Assembly (NCBI GenBank): GCA_026770705.1
Contig: JANJGN010000163.1
Coordinates: 744,001-808,000 of the forward strand
Direction of reading: 5' to 3'
DNA length: 64,000 nucleotides
Source of the DNA: Isurus oxyrinchus
Lineage: Eukaryota
The position numbers were made by a program, and so were the translations under genes. The notes below the pieces were generated by a model, which worked only from the letters and a program-made list of their open reading frames with translations, was not told the origin of the DNA and did not search any database. This document shows, in pieces, positions 15,001 to 30,000 of this stretch (position 1 is its first letter; each line of letters opens with the position of its first letter).

Positions 15001-18000
15001 TGAACTCTCCATGTATTGCTACTGAACTCTCCATGTGTCACTACTGAACTCCCCATGTGTCACTACTGAACTCTCCATGTGTCACTACTGGACACTCCAT
15101 GTGTCACTACTGAACTCTCCATGTGTCACTACTGAACTCTCCATGAGTCACTACTGGATACTCCATGTGTCACTACTGAACTCTCCATGTGTCACTACTG
15201 GGCACTCCATGTGTTACTACTGGACACTCCATGTGTCCTACAGGACACTCCATGTGTCACTACTGAACTCTCCATGTGTCACTACTGGACACTCCATGTG
15301 TCACCGCTCGACACTCCATGTGTCACTACTGAACTCTCCATGTGTCACTACTGGACACTCCATGTGTCACTACTGGACTCTCCATGTGTCACTACTGGAC
15401 ACTCCATCTGTCACTGCTGAACTCTCCATGTGTCACTACTAAACTCTCCATGTGTCACTACTGGACACTCCATGTGTCACTACTGGACACTCCATGTGTC
15501 ACTACGGGGCACTCGATGTGTCACTACTGAACTCTCCATGTGTCACTACTAAACACTCCATGTATCACTACTGAACTCTCCTTGTGTCACTACTGGACAC
15601 TCCATGTGTCACTAGTGAACTCTCCATGTGTCACTACTGGACACTCCATGTGTCACTACTGAACTCTCCATGTGTCACAACTGAACTCTCCATGTGTCAA
15701 AACTGGACACTCCATGGGTCAGAACTGGACACTCCATGTGTCACTACTAGACCCTCCATGTTTCACTACTGGACACGCCATGTGTCACTACTGGACATTC
15801 CATGTGTCACTACTGGACACTCAATGTATCACTACTGAACTCTCCATGTGTCACTACTGAACTGGCCATGTGTCACTACTGGACACTCCATGTGTCACTA
15901 CTGAAGTCTCCATGTGTCACTACTGAACTCTCCATGTGTCACTACTGGACACTCCATGTGTCACTACTGGACACTCCATGTGTCACTACAGAAGTCTCCA
16001 CGTGTCACTACTGAACTCTCCACGTGTCACTACTGGACACTCCATGTGTCACTACTGAACTCTCCATGTGACACTACTGAACTCTCCACGTGTCACTACT
16101 GGACACTCCACGTTTCACTACTGGACTCTCCTCTGTCACTACTGAACTCTCCATGTGTCACTACTGAACTCTCCATGTGTAACTACTGAACACTCCATGT
16201 GTCACTACTGAAATCTCCATGTGTCACTTCCGGACACTCCATGTGTCACTACTGGACAGTCCATGTGTCACTGCTGAACACTCCATGTGTCACTACTGAA
16301 CTCTCTATGTGTCACTATTAGACACTATATGTGTCACTACTGGACACTCCATCTGTCACTACTGAACTCTCCATGTGTCACTACTGAACTCTCCATGTGT
16401 CACTACTGGACACTCCATGTGTCACTACTGAACTCTACATGTGTCATTACTGAACACTCCATGTGTCACTACTGGACACTCCATGTGTCACAACTGAACT
16501 CTCCTTGTGTCACTACTAGACACACCATGTGTCACAATTGAACTCTCCTTGTGTCACTACTGGACACTCCGTGTGTCACTACTGAACTCTTCATGTGTCA
16601 CTACTGGACACTCCATGTGTCACTACTGAACTCTCCATGTGTCACTACTGAACTCTCCATGTGTCACTACTGGAAACTCCATGGGTCACTACTGGACACT
16701 CCATGTGTCACCACTAGACACTCCATGTTTCACTACTGGACACGCCATGTGTCAAAACTGGACATTCCATGTGTCACTACTGGACACTCTATGTATCATT
16801 ACTGAACTCTCCGTGTGTCACTACTGAACTCGCCATGTGTCACTACTGGACACTCCATGTGTCACTACTGAACTCTCCATGTGTCACTAATGAACTCTCC
16901 ATGTGCCACTACTGGACACTCCATGTGTCACTACTGGACACTCCATGTGTCACTACAGAAGTCTCCACGTGTCACTACTGAACTCTCCACGTGTCACTAC
17001 TGAACTCTCCACGTGTCACTACTGGACACTCCATGTGTCACTACTGGACACTCCATGTGTCACTACAGAAGTCTCCACGTGTCACTACTGAACTCTCCAC
17101 GTGTCACTACTGGACACTCCATGTGTCACTACTGGACACTCCATGTGTCACTACTGAACTCTCCATGAGTCACTACTGAACTCTCCATGTGTCACTACTG
17201 GACACTCCATGTGTCACTACTGGACACTCCATGTGTCACTACAGAAGTCTCCACGTGTCACTACTGAACTCTCCATGTGTCACTACTGGACACTCCATGT
17301 GTCACTTCTGGACACTCCATGTGTCACTACTGAACTCTCCATGTGTCACTACTGAACTCTCCACGTGTCACTACTGGACACTCCACGTTTCACTACTGGA
17401 CTCTCCTCTTTCACTACTGAACTCTCCATGTGTCACTACTGAACTCTCCCTGTGTAACTACTGAACACTCCATGTGTCACTGCTGAAATCTCCATGTGTC
17501 ACTTCCGGACACTCCATGTGTCACTACTGGACAGTCCATGTGTCACTGCTGATCTCTCCATGTGTCACTACTGAACTCTCCATGTGTCACTACTGAACTC
17601 TCCATGTGTCACTACTGGACACTCCATGTGTCACTACTGAACTCTCCATGTGTCATTACTGAACACTACATGTGTCACTACTGGACACTCCATGTGTCAC
17701 TACTAGACACTCCATGTGTCACAACTGAACTCTCCTTGTGTCACTACTAGACACTCCATGTGTCACAACTGAACTCTCCATGTGTCACTACTGGACACTC
17801 CATGTGTCACTACTGGACAGTCCATGTGTCACTACTGAACTCTCCATGTGTCACTATTGGACACTCCATGTGTCACTACTGAACTCTCCATGTGTCACTA
17901 CTGGACACTCCATGTGTCTCTACTGAACTCTCCTTGTGTCACTACTCGAAACTCCATGTATCACTACTGAACGCTCCATGTGTCACTACTGCACACTCCA

Positions 18001-21000
18001 TGTGTCACTACTGAACACTCCATGTGTCACTACTGGACATTCCATGTGCCACTACTGAACACTCCATGTGTCACTACTGGACACTCCACGTGTCACTACT
18101 AGACACTCCATGTGTCTCTACTGGACATTCCATGAGTCACTACTGAACTCTCCATGTGTCACTACTGGACACTCCATGTGTCTCTACTGGACATTCCATG
18201 AGTCACTACTGAACTCTCCACGTGTCACTACTGAACTCTCCATGTGTCACTACTGGACACTCCATGTGTCACTACTAGACACTCCATGTGTCACTACTGG
18301 ACACGCCATGTGTCACGACTGGACATTCCATGTGTCACTACTGAACTCTCCATGTGTCACTACTGAACTCTCCATGTGTCACTACTCGACACTACATGTG
18401 TCACTACTGAACTCTCCATGTATTGCTACTGGACTCTCCATGTGTCACTAGTGAACTCCCCATGTGTCACTACTGAACTCTCCATGTGTCACTACTGGAC
18501 ACTCCATGTGTCACGACTGAACTCTCTATGTGTCACTACTGAACTCTCCATGAGTCACTACTGGACACTCAATGTGTCACTACTGAACTCTCCATGTGTT
18601 ACTACTGGACACTCCATGTGTTACTACTGGACACTCCATGTGTCCTACAGGACACTCCATGTGTCACTACTGAACTCTCCATGTGTCACTACTGGACACT
18701 CCATGTGTCACTGCTCGACACTCCATGTGTCACTACTGAACTCTCCATGTGTCACTACTGGACACTCCATGTGTCACTACTGGACTCTCCATGTGTCACT
18801 ACTGGACACTCCATCTGTCACTGCTGAACTCTCCATGTGTCACTTCTGAACTCTCCATGTGTCACTACTGGACACTCCATGTGTCACTACTGGACACTCC
18901 ATGTGTCACTACGGGGCACTCGATGTGTCACTACTGAACTCTCCATGTGTCACTACTAGACACTCCATGTATCACTACTGAACTCTCCTTGTGTCACTAC
19001 TGGACACTCCATGTGTCACTTGTGAACTCTCCATGTGTCACTACTGGACACTCCATGTGTCTCTACTGAACTCTCCATGTGTCACTACTGGACACTCCAT
19101 GTGTCACTACTGGACAGTCCATGTGTCACTACTGAACTCTCCATGTGTCACTATTGGCCACTCCATGTGTCACTACTGAACTCTCCATGTGTCACTACTG
19201 GACACTCCATGTGTCTCTACTGAACTCTCCTTGTGTCACTACTCGAAACTCCATGTATCACTACTGAACGCTCCATGTGTCACTACTGGACACTCCATGT
19301 GTCACTACTGAACTCTCCATGTGTCACTACTGGACATTCCATGTGCCACAACTGAACTCTCCATGTGTCACTACTGGACACTCCACGTGTCACTAATAGA
19401 CACTCCATGTGTCTCTACTGGACATTCCATGAGTCACTACTGAACTCTCCATGTGTCACTACTGGACACTCCATGTGTCTCTACTGGACATTCCATGAGT
19501 CACTACTGAACTCTCCATGTGTCACTACTGAACTCTCCATGTGTCACTACTGGACACTCCATGTGTCACTACTAGACACTCCATGTGTCACTACTGGACA
19601 CGCCATGTGTCACGACTGGACATTCCATGTGTCACTACTGAACTCTCCATGTGTCACTACTGAACTCTCCATGTGTCACTACACGACACTACATGTGTCA
19701 CTACTGAACTCTCCATGTATTGCTACTGGACTCTCCATGTGTCACTAGTGAACTCCCCATGTGTCACTACTGAACTCTCCATGTGTCACTACTGGACACT
19801 CCATGTGTCACGACTGAACTCTCCATGTGTCACTACTGAACTCTCCATGAGTCACTACTGGACACTCCATGTGTCACTACTGAACTCTCCATGTGTCACT
19901 ACTGGACACTCCATGTGTTACTACTGGACACTCCATGTGTCCTACAGGACACTCCATGTGTCACTACTGGACACTCCATGTGTCACTGCTCGACACTCCA
20001 TGTGTCACTACTGAACTCTCCATGTGTCACTACTGGACACTCCATGTGTCACTACTGGACTCTCCATGTGTCACTACTGGACACTCCATCTGTCACTGCT
20101 GAACTCTCCATGTGTCACTTCTGAACTCTCCATGTGTCACTACTGGACACTCCATGTGTCACTACTGGACACTCCATGTGTCACTACGGGGCACTCGATG
20201 TGTCACTACTGAACTCTCCATGTGTCACTACTAGACACTCCATGTATCACTACTGAACTCTCCTTGTGTCACTACTGGACACTCCATGTGTCACTTGTGA
20301 ACTCTCCATGTGTCACTACTGGACACTCCATGTGTCACTACTGAACTCTCCATTTGTCACTACTGAACTCTCCATGTGTCAAAACTGGACACTCCATGGG
20401 TCAGAACTGGACACTCCATGTGTCACTACTAGACCCTCCATGTTTCACTACTGGACACGCCATGTGTCACTACTGGACATTCCATGTGTCACTACTGGAC
20501 ACTCTGTGTATCACTATTGAACTCTCCATGTGTCACTACTGAACTGGCCATGTGTCACTACTGGACACTCCATGTGTCACTACTGAACTCTCCATGTTTC
20601 ACTACTGAACTCTCCATGTGTCACTACTGGACACTCCATGTGTCACTACTGAAGTCTCCACGTGTCACTACTGAACTCTCCACGTGTCACTACTGGAAAC
20701 TCCATGTGTCACTACTGGACACTCCATGTGTCACTACTGAACTCTCCATGTGTCACTACTGAACTCTCCATGTGTCACTACTGGACACTCCATGTGTCAC
20801 TACTGAACTCTCCATGTGTCACTACTGAACTCTCCACGTGTCACTACTGGACACTCCACGTTTCACTACTGGACTCTCCTCTGTCACTACTGAATTCTCC
20901 GTGTGTCACTGCTGAACAAACCATGTGTAACTACTGAACACAGCATGTGTCACTACTGAAATCTCCATGTGTCACTTCCGGACACTCCATGTGTCACTAC

Positions 21001-24000
21001 TGGACACTCAATGTGTCACTGCTGATCTCTCCATGTGTCACTACTGAACTCTCCATGTGTCACCATTGGACACTATATGTGTCACTACTGGACACTCCAT
21101 CTGTCACTACTGAACTCTCCATATGTCACTACTGAACTCTCCATGTGTCACTACTGGACACTCCATGTGTCACAACTGAACTCTCCTTGTGTCACTACTA
21201 GACGCTCCATGTGTCACAACTGAACTCTCCATGTGTCACTACTGGACACTCCATGTCTCACTACTGGACAGTCCATGTGTCACTACTGAACTCTCCATGT
21301 GTCACTACTGGACACTCCATGTGTCACTACTGAACTCTCCATGTGTCACTACTGGACACTCCATGTGTCACTACTGAACGCTCCTTGTGTCACTACTCGA
21401 CACTCCATGTATCACTACTGAACGCTCCATGTGTCAAAACTGAACACTCCATGTGTCACTACTAGACAATCCATGTGTCTCTACTGGACATTCCATGAGT
21501 CACTACTGAACTCTCCATGTGTCACTACTGGACACTCCACGTGTCACTACTAGACACTCCATGTGTCTCTACTGGACATTCCATGAGTCACTACTGAACT
21601 CTCCATGTGTCACTACTTAACTCTCCATGTGTCACTACTGGACACTCCATGTGTCACTACTAGACACTCCATGTGTCACTACTGGACACGCCATGTGTCA
21701 CGACTGGACATTCCATGTGTCACTACTGAACTCTCCATGTGTCACTACTGAACTCTCCATGTGTCACTACTCGACACTACATGTGTCACTACTGAACTCA
21801 CCATGTATTGCTACTGAACTCTCCATGTGTCACTACTGAACTCCCCATGTGTCACTACTGAACTCTCCATGTGTCACTACTGGACACTCCATGTGTCACT
21901 ACTGAACTCTCCATATGTCACTACAGGACATTCCATGTGTCACTACCGGACACTCCATGTGTCACTACCAGACAAACCATGCGTCACTACTCGACACTCC
22001 ATATGTCACTACTGATCTCTCCATGTGCCACTACTGGACACTCCATGTGTCATTACTGGACACTCCATATGTCACTACTGGACACTCCATGTGTCACTAC
22101 TGATCTCTCCATGTGTCACTACTGAACTCTCCATGTGTCACTACTGGACATTCCATGTGCCACTACTGAACTCTCCATGTGTCACTACTGGACACTCCAT
22201 GTGTCTCTACTGGACATTCCATGTGTCACTACTAGACACTCCATGTGTCACTACTGGACACGCCATGTGTCACTACTGGACATTCCATGTGTCACTACTG
22301 GACTCTCCATGTGTCACTACTGAACTCTCCATGTGACATACTGAACTCTCCACGTGTCACTACTGGACACTCCACGTTTCACTACTGGACTCTCCTCTGT
22401 CACTACTGAACTCTCCATGTGTCACTACTGAACTCTCCATGTGTAACTACTGAACACTCCATGTGTCACTACTGAAATCTCCATGTGTCACTTCCGGACA
22501 CTCCATGTGTCACTACTGGACAGTCCATGTGTCACTGCTGAACACTCCATGTGTCACTACTGAACTCTCCATGTGTCACTATTAGACACTATATGTGTCA
22601 CTACTGGACACTCCATCTGTCACTACTGAACTCTCCATGTGTCACTACTGAACTCTCCATGTGTCACTACTGGACACTCCATGTGTCACTACTGAACTCT
22701 ACATGTGTCATTACTGAACACTCCATGTGTCACTACTGGACACTCCATGTGTCACAACTGAACTCTCCTTGTGTCACTACTAGACACACCATGTGTCACA
22801 ATTGAACTCTCCTTGTGTCACTACTGGACACTCCGTGTGTCACTACTGAACTCTTCATGTGTCACTACTGGACACTCCATGTGTCACTACTGAACTCTCC
22901 ATGTGTCACTACTGAACTCTCCATGTGTCACTACTGGACACTCCATGGGTCACTACTGGACACTCCATGTGTCACCACTAGACACTCCATGTTTCACTAC
23001 TGGACACGCCATGTGTCAATACTGGACATTCCATGTGTCACTACTGGACACTCTATGTATCATTACTGAACTCTCCGTGTGTCACTACTGAACTCGCCAT
23101 GTGTCACTACTGGACACTCCATGTGTCACTACTGAACTCTCCATGTGTCACTAATGAACTCTCCATGTGCCACTACTGGACACTCCATGTGTCACTACTG
23201 GACACTCCATGTGTCACTACAGAAGTCTCCACGTGTCACTACTGAACTCTCCACGTGTCACTACTGAACTCTCCACGTGTCACTACTGGACACTCCATGT
23301 GTCACTACTGGACACTCCATGTGTCACTACAGAAGTCTCCACGTGTCACTGCTGAACTCTCCATGTGTCACTACTAAACTCTCCATGTGTCACTACTGGA
23401 CACTCCATGTGTCACTACTGGACACTCCATGTGTCACTACGGGGCACTCGATGTGTCACTACTGAACTCTCCATGTGTCACTACTAGACACTCCATGTAT
23501 CACTACTGAACTCTCCTTGTGTCACTACTGGACACTCCATGTGTCACTAGTGAACTCTCCATGTGTCACTACTGGACACTCCATGTGTCACTACTGAACT
23601 CTCCATGTGTCACTACTGAACTCTCCATGTGTCAAAACTGGAGACTCCATGGGTCAGAACTGGACACTCCATGTGTCACTACTAGACCCTCCATGTTTCA
23701 CTACTGGACACGCCATGTGTCACTACTGGACATTCCATGTGTCACTACTGGACACTCCATGTATCACTACTGAACTCTCCATGTGTCACTACTGAACTGG
23801 CCATGTGTCACTACTGGAGACTCCATGTGTCTCTACTGAACTCTCCATGTGTCACTACTGAACTCTCCATGTGTCACTACTGGACACTCCATGTGTCACT
23901 ACTGGACACTCCATGTGTCACTACTGAAGTCTCCACGTGTCACTACTGAACTCTCCACGTGTCACTACTGGACACTCCATGTGTCACTACTGGACACTCC

Positions 24001-27000
24001 ATGTGTCACTACTGAACTCTCCATGTGTCACTACTGAACTCTCCATGTGTCACTACTGGACACTCCATGTGTCACTACTGAACTCTCCATGTGTCACTAC
24101 TGAACTCTCCACGTGTCACTACTGGACACTCCACGTTTCACTACTGGACTCTCCTCTGTCACTACTGAATTCTCCTTGTGTCACTGCTGAACAAACCATG
24201 TGTAACTACTGAACACAGCACGTGTCACTACTGAAATCTCCATGTGTCACTTCCGGACACTCCATGTGTCACTACCGGACACTCCATGTGTCACTGCTGA
24301 TCTCTCCATGTGTCACTACTGAACTCTCCATGTGTCACCATTGGACACTATATGTGTCACTACTGGACACTCCATCTGTCACTACTGAACTCTCCATATG
24401 TCACTACTGAACTCTCCATGTGTCACTACTGGACACTCCATGTGTCACTACTGAACTCTCCATGTGTCATTACTGAACACTCCATGTGTCACGACTGGAC
24501 ACTCCATGTGTCACTACTAGACACTCCATGTGTCACAACTGAACTCTCCTTGTGTCACTACTAGACACTCCATGTGTCACAACTGAACTCTCCATGTGTC
24601 ACTACTGGACACTCCATGTCTCACTACTGGACAGTCCATGTGTCACTACTGAACTCTCCATGTGTCACTACTGGACACTCCATGTGTCACTACTGAACTC
24701 TCCATGTGTCACTACTGGACACTCCATGTGTCACTACTGAACTCTCCTTGTGTCACTACTCGACACTCCATGTATCACTACTGAACGCTCCATGTGTCAA
24801 AACTGGACACTCCATGTGTCACTACTAGACAATCCATGTGTCTCTACTGGACATTCCATGAGTCACTACTGAACTCTCCATGTGTCACTACTGGACACTC
24901 CACGTGTCACTACTAGACACTCCATGTGTCTCTACTGGACATTCCATGAGTCACTACTGAACTCTCCATGTGTCACTACTGAACTCTCCATGTGTCACTA
25001 CTGGACACTCCATGTGTCACTACTAGACACTCCATGTGTCACTACTGGACACGCCATGTGTCACAACTGGACATTCCATGTGTCACTACTGAACACTCCA
25101 TGTGTCACTACTGAACTCTCCATGTGTCACTACTCGACACTACATGTGTCACTACTGAACTCTCCATGTATTGCTACTGAACTCTCCATGTGTCACTACT
25201 GAACTCCCCATGTGTCACTACTGAACTCTCCATGTGTCACTACTGGACACTCCATGTGTCACTACTGAACTCTCCATGTGTCACTACAGGACATTCCATG
25301 TGTCACTACCGGACACTCCATGTGTCACTACCGGACAAACCATGTGTCAATACTCGACAGTCCATATGTCACTACTGATCTCTCCATGTGCCACTACTGG
25401 ACACTCCATGTGTCATTACTGGACACTCCATATGTCACTACTGGACACTCCATGTTTCACTACTGATCTCTCCATGTGTCACTACTGAACTCTCCATGTG
25501 TCACTACTGGACATTCCATGTGCCACTACTGGACACGCCATGTGTCACTACTGGACATTCCATGTGTCACTACTGGACTCTCCATGTGTCACTACTGAAC
25601 TCTCCATGTGACACTACTGAACTCTCCACGTGTCACTACTGGACACTCCACGTTTCACTACTGGACTCTCCTCTGTCACTACTGAACTCTCCATGTGTCA
25701 CTACTGAACTCTCCATGTGTAACTACTGAACACTCCATGTGTCACTACTGAAATCTCCATGTGTCACTTCCGGACACTCCATGTGTCACTACTGGACAGT
25801 CCATGTGTCACTGCTGAACACTCCATGTGTCACTACTGAACTCTCCATGTGTCACTATTAGACACTATATGTGTCACTACTGGACACTCCATCTGTCACT
25901 ACTGAACTCTCCATGTGTCACTACTGAACTCTCCATGTGTCACTACTGGACACTCCATGTGTCACTACTGAACTCTACATGTGTCATTACTGAACACTCC
26001 ATGTGTCACTACTGGACACTCCATGTGTCACAACTGAACTCTCCTTGTGTCACCATTAGACACACCATGTGTCACAATTGAACTCTCCTTGTGTCACTAC
26101 TGGACACTCCGTGTGTCACGACTGAACTCTCCATATGTCACTACAGGACATTCCATGTGTCACTACCGGACACTCCATGTGTCACTACCGGACAAACCAT
26201 GTGTCACTACTCGACACTCCATATGTCACTACTGATCTCTCCATGTGCCACTACTGGACACTCCATGTGTCATTACTGGACACTCCATATGTCACTACTG
26301 GACACTCCATGTGTCACTACTGATCTCTCCATGTGTCACTACTGAACTCTCCATGTGTCACTACTGGACATTCCATGTGCCACTACTGAACTCTCCATGT
26401 GTCACTACTGGACACTCCATGTGTCTCTACAGGACATTCCATGTGTCACTACTAGACACTCCATGTGTCACTACTGGACACGCCATGTGTCACTACTGGA
26501 CATTCCATGTGTCACTACTGGACTCTCCATGTGTCACTACTGAACTCTCCATGTGACACTACTGAACTCTCCACGTGTCACTACTGGACACTCCACGTTT
26601 CACTACTGGACTCTCCTCTGTCACTACTGAACTCTCCATGTGTCACTACTGAACTCTCCATGTGTAACTACTGAACAGTCCATGTGTCACTGCTGAACAC
26701 TCCATGTGTCACTACTGAACTCTCCATGTGTCACTATTAGACACTATATGTGTCACTACTGGACACTCCATCTGTCACTACTGAACTCTCCATGTGTCAC
26801 TACTGAACTCTCCATGTGTCACTACTGGACACTCCATGTGTCACTACTGAACTCTCCATGTGTCATTACTGAACACTCCATGTGTCACGACTGGACACTC
26901 CATGTGTCACTACTAGACACTCCATGTGTCACAACTGAACTCTCCTTGTGTCACTACTAGACACTCCATGTGTCACAACTGAACTCTCCATGTGTCACTA

Positions 27001-30000
27001 CTGGACACTCCATGTCTCACTACTGGACAGTCCATGTGTCACTACTGAACTCTCCATGTGTCACTACTGGACACTCCATGTGTCACTACTGAACTCTCCA
27101 TGTGTCACTACTGGACACTCCATGTGTCACTACTGAACTCTCCTTGTGTCACTACTCGACACTCCATGTATCACTACTGAACGCTCCATGTGTCAAAACT
27201 GGACACTCCATGTGTCACTACTAGACAATCCATGTGTCTCTACTGGACATTCCATGAGTCACTACTGAACTCTCCATGTGTCACTACTGGACACTCCACG
27301 TGTCACTACTAGACACTCCATGTGTCTCTACTGGACATTCCATGAGTCACTACTGAACTCTCCATGTGTCACTACTGAACTCTCCATGTGTCACTACTGG
27401 ACACTCCATGTGTCACTACTAGACACTCCATGTGTCACTACTGGACACGCCATGTGTCACAACTGGACATTCCACGTGTCACTACTGAACACTCCATGTG
27501 TCACTACTGAACTCTCCATGTGTCACTACTCGACACTACATGTGTCACTACTGAACTCTCCATGTATTGCTACTGAACTCTCCATGTGTCACTACTGAAC
27601 TCCCCATGTGTCACTACTGAACTCTCCATGTGTCACTACTGGACACTCCATGTGTCACTACTGAACTCTCCATGTGTCACTAGAGGACATTCCATGTGTC
27701 ACTACCGGACACTCCATGTGTCACTACCGGACAAACCATGTGTCACTACTCGACACTCCATATGTCACTACTGATCTCTCCATGTGCCACTACTGGACAC
27801 TCCATGTGTCATTACTGGACACTCCATATGTCACTACTGGACACTCCATGTTTCACTACTGATCTCTCCATGTGTCACTACTGAACTCTCCATGTGTCAA
27901 TACTGGACATTCCATGTGCCACTACTGGACACGCCATGTGTCACTACTGGACATTCCATGTGTCACTACTGGACTCTCCATGTGTCACTACTGAACTCTC
28001 CATGTGACACTACTGAACTCTCCACGTGTCACTACTGGACACTCCACGTTTCACTACTGGACTCTCCTCTGTCACTACTGAACTCTCCATGTGTCACTAC
28101 TGAACTCTCCATGTGTAACTACTGAACACTCCATGTGTCACTACTGAAATCTCCATGTGTCACTTCCGGACACTCCATGTGTCACTACTGGACAGTCCAT
28201 GTGTCACTGCTGAACACTCCATGTGTCACTACTGAACTCTCCATGTGTCACTATTAGACACTATATGTGTCACTACTGGACACTCCATCTGTCACTATTG
28301 AACTCTCCATGTGTCACTACTGAACTCTCCATGTGTCACTACTGGACACTCCATGTGTCACTACTGAACTCTACATGTGTCATTACTGAACACTCCATGT
28401 GTCACTACTGGACACTCCATGTGTCACAACTGAACTCTCCTTGTGTCACCATTAGACACACCATGTGTCACAATTGAACTCTCCTTGTGTCACTACTGGA
28501 CACTCCGTGTGTCACTACTGAACTCTCCATATGTCACTACAGGACATTCCATGTGTCACTACCGGACACTCCATGTGTCACTACCGGACAAACCATGTGT
28601 CACTACTCGACACTCCATATGTCACTACTGATCTCTCCATGTGCCACTACTGGACACTCCTTTGTGTCATTACTGGACACTCCATATGTCACTACTGGGC
28701 ACTCCATGTGTCACTACTGATCTCTCCATGTGTCACTACTGAACACTCCATGTGTCACTACTGGACATTCCATGTGCCACTACTGAACTCTCCATGTGTC
28801 TCTACAGGACATTCCATGTGTCACTACTAGACACTCCATGTGTCACTACTGGACACGCCATGTGTCACTACTGGACATTCCATGTGTCACTACTGGACTC
28901 TCCATGTGTCACTACTGAACTCTCCATGTGACACTACTGAACTCTCCACGTGTCACTACTGGACACTCCACGTTTCACTACTGGACTCTCCTCTGTCACT
29001 ACTGAACTCTCCATGTGTCACTACTGAACTCTCCATGTGTAACTACTGAACACTCCATGTGTCACTGCTGAACACTCCATGTGTCACTACTGAACTCTCC
29101 ATGTGTCACTATTAGACACTATATGTGTCACTACTGGACACTCCATCTGTCACTACTGAACTCTCCATGTGTCACTACTGAACTCTCCATGTGTCACTAC
29201 TGGACACTCCATGTGTCACTACTGAACTCTACATGTGTCACTACTAGACACACCATGTGTCACAATTGAACTCTCCTTGTGTCACTACTGGACACTCCGT
29301 GTGTCACTACTGAACTCTTCATGTGTCACTACTGGACACTCCATGTGTCACTACTGAACTCTCCATGTGTCACTACTGAACTCTCCATGTGTCACTACTG
29401 GACACTCCATGGGTCACTACTGGACACTCCATGTGTCAACACTAGACACTCCATGTTTCACTACTGGACACGCCATGTGTCAATACTGGACATTCCATGT
29501 GTCACTACTGGACACTCTATGTATCATTACTGAACTCTCCGTGTGTCACTACTGAACTCGCCATGTGTCACTACTGGACACTCCATGTGTCACTACTGAA
29601 CTCTCCATGTGTCACTAATGAACTCTCCATGTGCCACTACTGGACACTCCATGTGTCACTACTGGACACTCCATGTGTCACTACAGAAGTCTCCACGTGT
29701 CACTACTGAACTCTCCACGTGTCACTACTGAACTCTCCACGTGTCACTACTGGACACTCCATGTGTCACTACTGGACACTCCATGTGTCACTACAGAAGT
29801 CTCCACGTGTCACTACTGAACTCTCCACGTGTCACTACTGGACACTCCATGTGTCACTACTTGAAACTCCATGTTTCACTATCGAACTCTCCATGTGTCA
29901 CTACTGAACTCTCCATGTGTCACTACTGGACACTCCATGTGTCACTACTGGACACTCCATGTGTCACTACAGAAGTCTCCACGTGTCACTACTGAACTCT